Shown in pieces: positions 1-11,900 of a DNA stretch of 30,763 nucleotides. The DNA comes from a virus (taxonomy: Duplodnaviria; Caudoviricetes). Below the pieces are notes generated by a model, which saw nothing but the letters and a program-made list of their open reading frames with translations, was not told the origin of the DNA and made no database searches. Both the position numbers and the translations under genes were made by a program. The DNA lies in IMG/VR virus record IMGVR_UViG_3300027782_000254, positions 1-30,763 of that record. One strand, given 5' to 3'. The number at the start of each line of letters is the position of its first letter. Within the stretch, counting starts at the first letter, position 1.

Positions 1-2934
1 TTAGAACAGTTTCTCACTGTGTTGAACAGTGCCATGGCAGACAACACAGAATTTGGCCGCAGCCAAGGCTCTGCTATTATTCAAGGAATTCCTACAGAAC
101 AATATAGATTCCGAACAGTTACCACAGACGTACCTTTGTTTTCGTTTACCAAGACAGTGGCCAGCAGAGGAATGAGCTTTGAGATAGTTAGCACAGCTTT
201 TAAAAACAGCGAAAACATCTACGAAGAGCCACCAGTGCCCGGCAACCAAATGGGATTTATCTATAGAAACGACGGATCCGGTCCAGGCAGTGCCAACACC
301 GGATTCTTTGTGCAGTTTAAACAAGGCTCATTAGAATTAGCAGACTTTGTAGTAGATGTGCCAACCACTAACGAAAAAATTGCTGTCGATGCAGGTAATA
401 TCAATAATGATGATGTATGGTTATTTTCCTTAAACTCACAAGGTGCCCAACTTGAAGAATGGACCAAAGTTTCATCGCTGGTAGGCAACAACATTGCCTA
501 TAACAGCGTAACGCAAGATATACGCAACATCTATGCTGTCAACACCAAAGAAGACGATAATATCGATCTTGTGTTTGCAGATGGAATCTATGGAAATTTA
601 CCTCAAGGATCTTTTAGAGTATTTTATAGAACCAGTAACGGGCTATCGTATACCATATATCCTAACGAATTACGAGGCATCAACATTTCTATTTTGTATA
701 GAAACAAAAATAATGTTGAACACACTCTGACCATCGGTCTGGCGCTACAAAGCACTGTGGCCAACTCTGCAGCTTCTGAAGACATAGACAACATTCGTGC
801 TAATGCCCCCGCAGTATACTATACTCAGAACAGAATGATCACTGCAGAAGATTATAATCTAGCGCCATTGTTGGGTTCACAGAATATTGTAAAAATCAAA
901 GCAGTGAATAGGACATCCAGCGGTATCAGCAGAAACTTTGACATCATTGACGCCACTGGAAAATACAGCAGTATCAATATATTTGGAGATGACGGATATC
1001 TTTACAAACAAGAAGACGAATCGGTGCTGTCATTTAAATTTACCAGCAGGATAGATATCATTAATTTTATCAGACGCAGCGTAGAACCAGTGTTCACAGA
1101 TGCTGAAGTTTATAATTTTTATTTTACAAAGTTTGATAAGATATTGTTCACAGACGTTAACACGGTATGGCAGTCTGTGACCACAGCTACTAGTACAGGA
1201 TATTTTAAAAATGTGGTAGACAATTCTCAACTCAAAATTGGCGGCTACTCTACCAGCAACTTGAAATATGCGTTAGTTAATGCAGCAGTGAAGTTTGTTC
1301 CACCTACAGGATTTAAATTTAAAAAAGGTAAACTAGTACCAACGGACGCAACCGATGCTGACCAGACAGATTACATATGGACAAAAATTGTCAAGATCAC
1401 CGGCGACGGTACATATGTCAAAGGACTAGGACCGGTCACACTCAGCGATCTAGTTCCCACAGGTGCTGTGGCTCAACGCATAGTGCCACGATTTATCAGC
1501 GACTTGCCTGTGGCACTTGAAACTGAAATCGTTAATCAAGTGTTTGACAATCAAACTTTTGGACTGAGATATGAAATTACTGAATCTCAATGGAAGTTGA
1601 TCACTGCCAGCAACCTAAATCTAACCAATGATTTTACGTTAGGCAAAGCCGGAGATACTACCAACACCAACATAGACAGCTCTTGGGTGATCGCTTTGGT
1701 CAAACAGCCTGACAGCTATATCGTGAGAATTAGAAAACAGTCGTATATTTTTGGTAGCGTACAACAGAATAGATTTTATTTTGACAGCAATGAGAAACAG
1801 TATAATGATCAAGTAGGCGCAGTGGTTAAAGATCAGATATCAGTGTTGGGAATTAATACTGGCAAGGATGGTATCACTGAGCTTAAACAAGATGTGCCGT
1901 TTGAAATCAGTGATACTATAAAGTTTGATGACGGCTTCGAAAGCACCAACGAAATTAAACTAAGTTTTAGAGATGCCGACGACGACGGAGTGGTCGACAA
2001 TCCTGAATCATTTGAAAATATTGTAGGACTAGATCAAGATTTAAAATTCTTATTTTTCCTGACTTCAAACGATGTCTACGGAACAGCAATTAAAACACTC
2101 ATAGACAATTCAAATGATTTAATTTTACCCGTACCAAAAGAATCTGGAATAACTTTCAATGATACAGTGACCTATCCTGATCAGCAGTTGATATACTTTT
2201 ATGACTCTGCTGAAAACATTGTTAAACGAGTAAATCGAACTACTAATACCTTGGACATAGCCAACGAATACACAGCAGTTGTTGGTAGAAGAAATCTTAA
2301 ATTTCAATATACTCACAATGCCAGTGTAGATAGGAGGATAGATCCTTCTACCAGCAATATCATTGACATATATTTGTTGATACGAAGCTATGATGAAAGC
2401 TACAGAATATATCTCGCAGGCGGCACTGACATCGAACCAGTTGCACCTACCAGCGATGCATTGAGAACAACATTTGGCACAGCATTATCATCGATCAAAT
2501 CTATCAGCGATGATATCATATATCATCCTGTGAAATACAAAGTGCTGTTTGGATCTAAAGCAGATCCTAAACTACAAGCAGTGTTTAAGATTGTTAAGAA
2601 TCAAAATCGCTCGATCAATGACAACGATATCAAAGTAAGAGTAATCACTGCTATCAATACTTTCTTTGATATCAATAATTGGGACTTTGGCGATAGATTT
2701 TATATGGGCGAACTGACCACATATATTTTAAACACAGCGTCTCCGGATCTTGCCAACATAGTGATAGTACCAAAACAAACCAATCAATCATTTGGCAGTC
2801 TTTTTGAAATACAAAGCAGATCGGATGAAATACTGATCAGCGCAGCCACAGTAGACGATATAGAAATCGTCTCTGCCATCACCGCATCCGAAATAGGTGC
2901 CAGCACCAACTCTATAGTATCAACAACTTATTAA
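1..2934 (+). CDS. Baseplate wedge subunit, T4 gp6-like (5'-truncated by the window edge)
   Basis: Frame 1 is open from base 1 (LEQFLTVLNSAM...), so the GTG at 19 is probably not the true start. It contains IDNIRANAPAVYYTQNRMITAEDY (~784-855), matching the gp6/baseplate-J motif 'IR..AP......Q.R.VT..DY', preceded by 'LVFADGIYGNLPQGSFRVFYRTSNG' (F.DG..G..P motif). The C-terminus has 'INTFFDINNWDFGDRFYMGEL', typical of gp6-like wedge proteins. Confidence 0.8.
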   Translation, partial: LEQFLTVLNSAMADNTEFGRSQGSAIIQGIPTEQYRFRTVTTDVPLFSFTKTVASRGMSFEIVSTAFKNSENIYEEPPVPGNQMGFIYRNDGSGPGSANTGFFVQFKQGSLELADFVVDVPTTNEKIAVDAGNINNDDVWLFSLNSQGAQLEEWTKVSSLVGNNIAYNSVTQDIRNIYAVNTKEDDNIDLVFADGIYGNLPQGSFRVFYRTSNGLSYTIYPNELRGINISILYRNKNNVEHTLTIGLALQSTVANSAASEDIDNIRANAPAVYYTQNRMITAEDYNLAPLLGSQNIVKIKAVNRTSSGISRNFDIIDATGKYSSINIFGDDGYLYKQEDESVLSFKFTSRIDIINFIRRSVEPVFTDAEVYNFYFTKFDKILFTDVNTVWQSVTTATSTGYFKNVVDNSQLKIGGYSTSNLKYALVNAAVKFVPPTGFKFKKGKLVPTDATDADQTDYIWTKIVKITGDGTYVKGLGPVTLSDLVPTGAVAQRIVPRFISDLPVALETEIVNQVFDNQTFGLRYEITESQWKLITASNLNLTNDFTLGKAGDTTNTNIDSSWVIALVKQPDSYIVRIRKQSYIFGSVQQNRFYFDSNEKQYNDQVGAVVKDQISVLGINTGKDGITELKQDVPFEISDTIKFDDGFESTNEIKLSFRDADDDGVVDNPESFENIVGLDQDLKFLFFLTSNDVYGTAIKTLIDNSNDLILPVPKESGITFNDTVTYPDQQLIYFYDSAENIVKRVNRTTNTLDIANEYTAVVGRRNLKFQYTHNASVDRRIDPSTSNIIDIYLLIRSYDESYRIYLAGGTDIEPVAPTSDALRTTFGTALSSIKSISDDIIYHPVKYKVLFGSKADPKLQAVFKIVKNQNRSINDNDIKVRVITAINTFFDINNWDFGDRFYMGELTTYILNTASPDLANIVIVPKQTNQSFGSLFEIQSRSDEILISAATVDDIEIVSAITASEIGASTNSIVSTTY

Positions 2935-2935
2935 T

Positions 2936-5900
2936 ATGGCCGATAAATTTCCTAACAGTCAACTACCTATACGCAGATCAGTAGAGCTGCTACCAGTAAT
3001 TTTTCAAACTCCTGCCAACGATAAATTTTTATCTGCGGTAGTCGATCCCTTAATACAGCCGGGATTGTTAGATAAAGTTGTTGGATATGTTGGTCGTAGA
3101 TATGGCAAAACCTATAACAGCAACGATGTATATGTTGACACAAACGGCACATTGCGCAGCAGTTATCAACTTGAACCTGGAGTGATATTTAAAAATCACG
3201 ATAAAATAGAAAATTTCTACGACTATATTGATGTTAAAAATCAATTGAAATTTTTCGGAAATACCATCGAAAACGATGACAAGATAACCAGCCAAACACA
3301 TTACACTTGGAATCCTCCTATTGACTGGGACAAGTTTATCAACTATCGAGAATATTATTGGGAGCCAGCAGGCCCACGAAGTATTAATATCACAGGTCAG
3401 AGTGCTAACATTAACAGCACCTATAAGGTAGTATTAGGTACAACTAAAAATTCATTTGTATTCACACCAGATGCATACACTAATAATCCCACGCTGACTC
3501 TTTATCGAGGACAGACCTATAAATTTAGAGTCAATGCTCCTGCTGAAGGTTTTGCAATACGCACTAATTTTGACACAGGTAGTTTATTGTTTCAGCCTAA
3601 CAGAAACTATGTACAAGGCAATCTTGTGGTCTATGATTCAAAACTATGGCGAGCTGTTAGAGATGTTACTAGTTTTGATGCTAGCTCAATCACTGTAGAC
3701 AGTGAAGATTGGCAATATGTGGAATCTGCTAGCGAAGGCTCTGCATTGGACTACAACAATGGAATCACAAACAACGGCATTGAAAACGGTACCTTGACGT
3801 TTGTAGTACCGTACGATGCTCCCGACACGCTATATTATCAAAGTAAAATAACTCCGGATGCATTTGGTAGATTTGTCATCGCAGACATAGAAGAAAACAC
3901 ATTTGTTAATGTAGACATAGAGATCATTGGTAAAACCACATATACCAGCGGCAATGGTATAGAATTCAGCAATGGTATGATTGTTGAATTTTTAGGCAAT
4001 ATATCACCTGCTATCTATGCAAAAGATTCGTGGCTAGTAGAAGGGGTAGGCACAGCTATAACCTTGACTAGATTTAGTGATCTTGTAGTGCCGGTACTAA
4101 GCACAGAAGTCCCTGAAGTATTGTTTGACAACGAAGGCTTTGACACACAACCGTTCGATGACGCCACAGAGTATGCTGCATTTAAAGATTATATTACTAT
4201 TGCTAGAGACAGCGCAGATAATAATCCCTGGAGTAGATACAATCGTTGGTTCCACAGATCTGTCTTAGAAAAATCATACCAATTAAGAGGACAAGATTTT
4301 CCAGCAAATGAAGCTGCTAGAGCCAAACGTCCAATTATAGAATTTCGTGCAGGACTACAGCTATTCAATCACGGATCTACAGCCAAACAGACTGTAGATT
4401 ATATAGATACAGCTACCACGGATGTATTTTCTATCATAGAGGGTTCTAAGGGCTACAACATAGACGGAGAATTTTTGTTTGAAGGTGCAAGAGTATTAGT
4501 AGTAGCAGACAAAGACAAATTAGTTAATAATAAAATTTACACAGTTGAATTTATCACGCATAACAGCGTTGCTCAAATTCATCTAAGAGAAAGCAATGAC
4601 ACCGAATCGATACTAGGACAGGGGGTGACTGTAAGACGAGGCACAGTCAACAAGGGTCTAATGTTTCACTTCAACGGAACTGATTGGGTACCTAGCCAAC
4701 CCAAGACTGCTGTAAACCAATCGCCAAAGTTTGATGTCTACGATTCTAATGAAATCAGTTTCGGAGATCCTGCCACCTATGCAGACACAGAATTTACAGG
4801 TTCAAATATATTAAGCTACAAGCCAGGTACCGCGAGAATTGATAAAGAACTGGGTTTCAAGATCAGTTATCTCAACATAGATAATATCGGCGACATAGAA
4901 TTTAATTGGAACTGGGACACTGAAACATTCCGTTACTCTATCGATAAGTCTCCAGTGCTGAAAAAAATATCCACAGGTTTTTATAGATTTGGATCTGACA
5001 GATATGCCAACGGATGGCAGCAACTAAATTCTACCTATATACAACCCATAATAGATGATCAAGTGGTAGAAATTGCCACAGACACATTAGTGTTTAACAC
5101 AGTGTCATGGGAGAGCTTGTCTGGTGATCCCGAAATAAATTTCTATCTTAACGGTTCGAGATATACCGGCACATGGACAAGAACTCGTGGCACCTTTGTG
5201 TTTAGTACCCCATTCGCGGTAAACGATGTTGTAGTAATAAAACTTATTACAGACATTGAACCCGATCAGGGCTACTATGAAATGCCGGTTGGTCTAGAAA
5301 AAAATCCTTTTAATACACCTATTGAGTCATTTACTCTAGGTCAGGCTGTGGCTCATATTTCTAGTGCAGTAGAATGGGACAGCGAATACACAGGAAAACT
5401 ACCAGGATCTAGTAATCTAAGAGATCTTGAAGATTACAGACTGTTGGCCGGAAGATTTTTAAAACACAGTGGCAATGTACCATTGGCGGTAATGGCCTTG
5501 TGTGACAAGACTCATAACATTATAAAATCTATTTCCTATGCTAAAAAAGAATATACAGATTTTAAAAACAATTTTCTACAAAGAGCCATTGAAATTGATT
5601 TCAATGATGAAATAGTTGATTTTGTTGATGATATCATTAACAGTCTTACCGCAGTAAAAACAGCAAAAGACGCATTCGCTGATTCAGATATGATAGGTGC
5701 AGGTGCGTACACTGCATTGCAGACAGTTGTTGAAGATATCGGAATCAAAGTATTTTCTTTAACAACACCATTTGATCTAAAAACACCAAGCACTCGAGCT
5801 GTGTATGTTTATAAAAACAGTGTGCAATTAATAAACACTCAAGACTATGAGTTTGATTCTACATTCAGTTTTGTAAAACTCAAAATTTCGTTAGCAGAGG

Positions 5901-8900
5901 GTGATACAATTGAAATAAGAGAATATCTCAGCACAGCCACTAATTATATTCCTCCAACACCGACATCTATGGGATTGTACAAAAAATACACCCCAACAAA
6001 ATTTCTTGATGACACATATCAAGAGCCTAGATATGTAATACAAGGGCACGATGGTAGTATCACAGCAGCTTACAATGATTTTAGAGACGATCTGTTGTTG
6101 GAACTTGAATTACGAATCTATAATAATATCAAGCAAGAATACGATCCTGCAGTTTTTGACATCGATCAAATACTAGCCGGATATTACGGTGTTGGTGAAT
6201 ATTCTAAGTCTCAGTTAGATGGTATTGTAGTGCAGGATTTTCTCAAGTGGATTCAAAATACCAACATCAACTATACCTTGAATGAATATTTTGACAGTGA
6301 GAACTCATTCACTTACACCTATTCAAATATGTCAGATCCTACCAAGACCAAAAATATTCCTGGTTGGTGGAGAGGTGTGTATCAGCATTTCTATGACACA
6401 GACCGTCCACATCGCTGTCCTTGGGAAATGCTGGGATTTAGCCAGAAGCCCGATTGGTGGCAAGAAGAATACGGTGCAGCGCCATATACTAGTAACAATT
6501 TGATTTTATGGGAAGACCTAGAAGCTGGTATTATCCGACAAGGTGTTCGAGCTGGAAGACACGATAGATACAAACGTCCCGGATTGATTTCACATATTCC
6601 TGTTGATGGCGACGGTAAGTTGCTGAGTCCGTTGGATTCTAATCTTGCGCAGGATTTTTCGTTGATTAACAATCGCGGACCTTTTGTATTAGGGGATGTG
6701 AGTCCAACAGAATACGCTTGGAGATCTAGCTCTGAATGGCCCTATGCAATAGTCACCGCTATGTGCTTGATGAAACCATTTGAATATATTCCTGATAACT
6801 TTGATAGATCAAGAATTGTAAAAAACAAGTTAGATCAGTATGTAAATTCTACCACAAACTTATTTGTAACTATTGCAGATATATCACCCTATGTAACAAA
6901 TTCCACAGCGTCGGGATTGGTAAAGTATCTAACCAGCTATACAAAATCTCAAGGTTTAGATAAAGACAGTCTACAGGTTAAAATAGAAAAATTAGATGTG
7001 GCTCTTAGTTTTAGGATGAGTGGATTTGTTGATCAGCAACAGCAGAAATATCTATTAGATTCTAAAAATCCCGCATCTACTACTTCTGGAATTTTTATTC
7101 CTTCAGAAAATTATGACATTATATTCAACGTTAGCAGTCCCGTAACTACTGTGAGTTACAGTGGTGTGCGGCTGGAAAAAACCGCAGGAGGCTGGATACT
7201 AGCAGGGTACGACGACATTCATCCTTACTTCAATTATCATCAAGCTCAGGCCAGCAGCAAAGATCCTGTAATCTCTGTAGGCGGCAGCAGCGAAGCATTC
7301 ACTGACTGGATTGCAGACAAAAACTACAACAACGGTACATTAGTTAGATACCAAAGTAATTTTTATCGTGCCCTAAAAACACATACCAGTGCCGGAGAAT
7401 TTGATCGTAGTCAATGGCAGAAACTAGGCGATGTACCTAAGATAGGTGCAATAGAAGCTCAACGTAGACGTGTGTTTAACACACTGTCTGTGAGACAGAT
7501 AAGCTATGGTACACTATTAACTAGTATACAAGAGGTAGTGGATCTACTATTGGGCTATGAGAGCTATCTAAAAACACAGGGAATTATTTTTGATAACTAC
7601 GATCCTCAAAACGCTACCAGCCAAGATTGGCTTAGTGCTGCTAAAGAGTTCATGTTCTGGACCAAACACAATTGGGAATCGGGAGCTATTATTGCTCTAA
7701 GCCCTTCTGCACAAAAATTAGAGATTTCAGTACCAATAGGAACACCGGACAATTTATTAGACGGATTCTATGACTACCAGATCCTTAAGGGAGACGGAAC
7801 ACCGTTGGCCCCGAGATTTTTAAATGTCAATAGAGGCTTTCAAAATCTCAAAATAGAAACCACTAATACCACCGACGGTATCTACTATGCAAGACTACAT
7901 TATGTAATAAAAGAACACGTCACTGTATTTGATGATCGCACAGTATTCAATGATATTATCTATGACAAGCCTACCGGATATCGTCAAGGTCGTATTAAGA
8001 TGCAGGCCTTCCGTACAGTAGACTGGGACGGCGACTACACCAGTCCAGGATTTATATTTGATAATGTTGATATACAGACCTGGAAACCTTTCAACGATTA
8101 CAAGTTAGGTGATATCGTATCTTACAAATCTTATGATTGGACCAGCCTTGTAAATCAATTAGGCACAGAAACATTCAACGATGCCAACTGGTCAAAACTA
8201 GATTCAAAACCAGTCAAACAGCTAGTATCGAATTTTGATTATAAGATAAAACAATTCAGCGATTATTTTGAAACTTCGTCTCAAGGGCTAGACCAAAGTC
8301 AACGAGAATTAGCTAGACATGCCATAGGTTACCAACAACGAGATTACCTGCAGAATCTAGCAGAAGACAGTGTAAGCCAATTTCAACTATATCAAGGATT
8401 CATTAGAGAAAAAGGCACTGCAAACAGCGTGACCAAAATCTTTAACAAGCTCAGCAGATCGGGGTCCGACAGTATTGTACTCAATGAAGAATGGGCCTTT
8501 AGATTAGGTCAGGTTGGAGGGGTGGATCAATTTTCAGAAATCGAAATCCAACTAGAAAAGAATAGATTTAAATTAGATCCACAGCCGCATTTAGTTACCA
8601 GCAGCGAAACACTCAACGCCTTAGATCAATATTATAGATTTACCGCCAGCGATTTCACAATTTCTTCAATTCCCTATACTGTAGATATTTTACCTACCAC
8701 TGTAGATCTAGAACCAGAATTAACTGCTGGCTATGTTAGTTCAGGACAGTATCAGCACGTGATCGGCACAATAGATCAACTGACCTCTCTAGATATAACT
8801 ACGGTCGACGAAAATGATCACATATGGGTAACATTTAACGATGACAGCTGGCAGATGCTTCGGGTCAACGAGTCACCACTGTTATATGTTACTGAAGCGG

Positions 8901-11900
8901 TCCGTATAGATGACACGGTAGTTACTCTAACATTGAACAGACCACATTCGGTGACAGTCGATGATTATGTTGGGTTCCGTGAGATTGTTAACCTTAGCGG
9001 ATTTTTCAAAGTCAGTGAAGTAACCAATACCACTATAACAGTTGTGGTTGCCGCAGACGTTGGTGATCCCGAGTTAGATGTTAGCACGACAGTTAATATT
9101 CAGTTGTTGACCACTGCAAGATTTGCTGACTATGCAGCGGTTGATCAACATCCAGCAGCACTGTTAAAAAGCAAATCGTTGGTATTTGTAGACAACAACG
9201 GCAGCGATCGATGGGAAGTAGTACAGAAAAATAAATTATATACTTCAAAATCCATAGCAGATTTTGGTACCTCAGCACCACTACTCACCGGTTCTAAAGT
9301 TGTTTATGATAATATTAATAAACATATAATTAGCAGCCTACCTGGTTCGGGATTTGTAAATGTGTATGTAGAAACAGATACAGGACTTTCTCTAAAACAA
9401 ATTATAGCACCGCCTGTTGGTTTTTACGATATCGCTCTAGGATCGTTCGGTGAAAAAATGGCAGTTAGTCCAGACGGCAAATATCTAGTGATAAGTGCTC
9501 CCACAGCCAGCGGAGTCATTAATAGATATATGGGCGAATGGCAGACTGAAGCAGCCTATGAACAAAATGACATCGTGCTCTATGCCGGAAGACTTTATAG
9601 AGCATTAAATGCCAATGGAAATTTTGCAGGACTCGGGGACGGCAGCACTCAAGTAGCTATAAACTCTGACGATTGGGTTCCACACACCACAATTATTCCT
9701 GCTGAAACAGCAGCACGTAATCCCGGATATTATCAACAAGGTATGGTTGTTGTATACGAATTTGTCAGCGGCAGATATATTCATGCCACAGCATTTGTAA
9801 GTCCTCGTCCTACAGATAACGAAAAATTTGGGTCAGAAATTACCATCGGGGTAAACGGAACTGAATATTATCTAGCAGTATCTGCTATAGGTGCCTATAA
9901 TAACACAGGTAGAGTATATCTTATCAAGTATACCGGAACTGAATGGACACACATGGAAAATCCTTTGTACAAAGGCATCTATAATCTGTTCGATTCATAC
10001 AAGCAAGGTGAAATAGTATGGCAGGCATCCCAAGATCCTGTAGGCGAAGCTGCTCGCGGCAATCTATGGCAGAGCCTAGATGGCTCGACATCAGATGGTA
10101 GCACTATTACTCTAGATTCACAGAACTGGTTAAAGGTCAGTGATATTTCTACTCATTGTTCGTTGCCTACAAATATTGCTGTAGAAGATGATGGATCTAC
10201 TTTAGAATTTACCACCACAGGTTTATTAACGGACACACAAAAAGCAGAATTAGTCAAGCAGGGAGATCAATTTGGATTTTCTATGACTATGAGCAGTGAT
10301 GGAAGTATACTAGTTATAGGCGCACCCGACAGTGACGGAGCCTACTTTGCCAACTACAGAGGCTTATGGCGTGCCGACGTAGAATACGTCGAAGGTGAAA
10401 CAGTTAGATATCGTGGATCGCCTAGTGAGTCATATCAATACTATGAGCTAGGTCAGCCAGTTGGATTTGATTCGTCTGTCTATAGAAGCTACGGAGAGGA
10501 TCCGTCTGATAGCTATGTCTGGCAACAAGTCGGAGATAGTACAACAACTGCCAGCGGTAAGATTTTTGTTTATAAGAAAACCGAGTATGATTCTTACGAA
10601 CTCACCCAGATGATTAATGCCGGATCACTGACATCGTTTACTGACATTGATTCTGGACTAGTTATTAGTACAGGGGATCAGTTTGGATTTAGTATGGATA
10701 TGGATTCCAACGGAACAGTATTGGCTGTGGCTTGTCCTAGATCAGATGTAAACTATCAAGATCAAGGTGCTGTGTATGTGTTGGAACTAGATCAACCAGT
10801 TACTGAATTCCGGGTGAAACAGCGTTTACAGAGTTACGAAATCTATGCCAACGAATATTTTGGTTTTGCTGTATCAGTGAGTCCCGATGGTGCAAAGATA
10901 GCTGTAGGCGCTAGAAATACTAAAACGCCATTTCCTGTGAACTTTGATCTATTAGAAGGCACAACTTTCGATAATAGCAGAACACGCTTTTATGTAGAAC
11001 AAGGATTCACCGGCGGTGTTTACGTATTCGATAGAAAAGCTCAAATATTCTTCCTCACAGAAAAACTTGACAGCGATTTACAAGCAGACGAATCGTTTGG
11101 CCACAGCATAGATTGTATAGGCACAAAATTACTAGTGGGGTCTCCTTACTATAAAAATTCAGTGACTAATACCTATCAAGGAATCGTTCGCTTGTTTACT
11201 TCTAACGCTGCTGGCGCAAGTTGGACTACATTAACTGATCAACAGCCGTTGGTTGATCTAAGAAAAATAAAGAAAATTGAACTCTATGACAATGTTAAAA
11301 ATGTAAAAATACAAGATATAGATTATATCGATGCTGCTAGAGGAAAAATTTTAAACATAGCTGAACAAGAAATAAAATATAAAACTCCGTATGACCCTGC
11401 AGTATATACTGTGGGCACAGCATCGGTGGTAGTAGATCCTACTATTAATTGGCTGGAAAAAAATGTAGGCAAATTGTGGTGGAATACTGGCACCGCCAAG
11501 TTTCAATATGCAGAACAAAAAGATTCAGCTTATAGAATAGGAAATTGGAATCAACCAGTTCAAGGCGCCAGCATTGATGTTTATGAATGGGTAGAAACAG
11601 TGCTGCTACCTAATGAATGGGCAGCTTTGGCAGACACCAATGCAGGACTAGCTCAAGGAGTTAGCGGCCAACCGTTGTATCCCAACAATGATGTTTATAG
11701 TGTGAAATTTTTCTTTAGTTCTACCACTGGCGAAGTTTCAGAAACATTATACTATTACTGGGTTAGAAGCAAAGCAGTGACTCCATCTAATATGGCTGAT
11801 CGTAAACGATCAGCAGCTGAAGTAGCAAATCTAATTTCTAACCCTGCAGGTACTGGTATTGCATTTGTAGCATTTTTGCAATCAGACAAATTTTTAAGTT

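Noticed and set aside
4530-4570. KIYTVEFITHNS in the giant ORF resembles an intein C-terminal HN-S splice motif
   Set aside because: No upstream intein block A (C/S-start) or block B (TxxH) pattern and no LAGLIDADG motifs were seen, and the block F-G spacing is wrong.
9260-11200. Eukaryotic or giant-virus origin suggested by integrin-like repeats and glycosyltransferases
   Set aside because: Shine-Dalgarno sites, overlapping start/stop codons, gp6-like and tail-collar motifs and T4-type late boxes indicate a tailed bacteriophage. FG-GAP repeats are also common in bacteria and phages.
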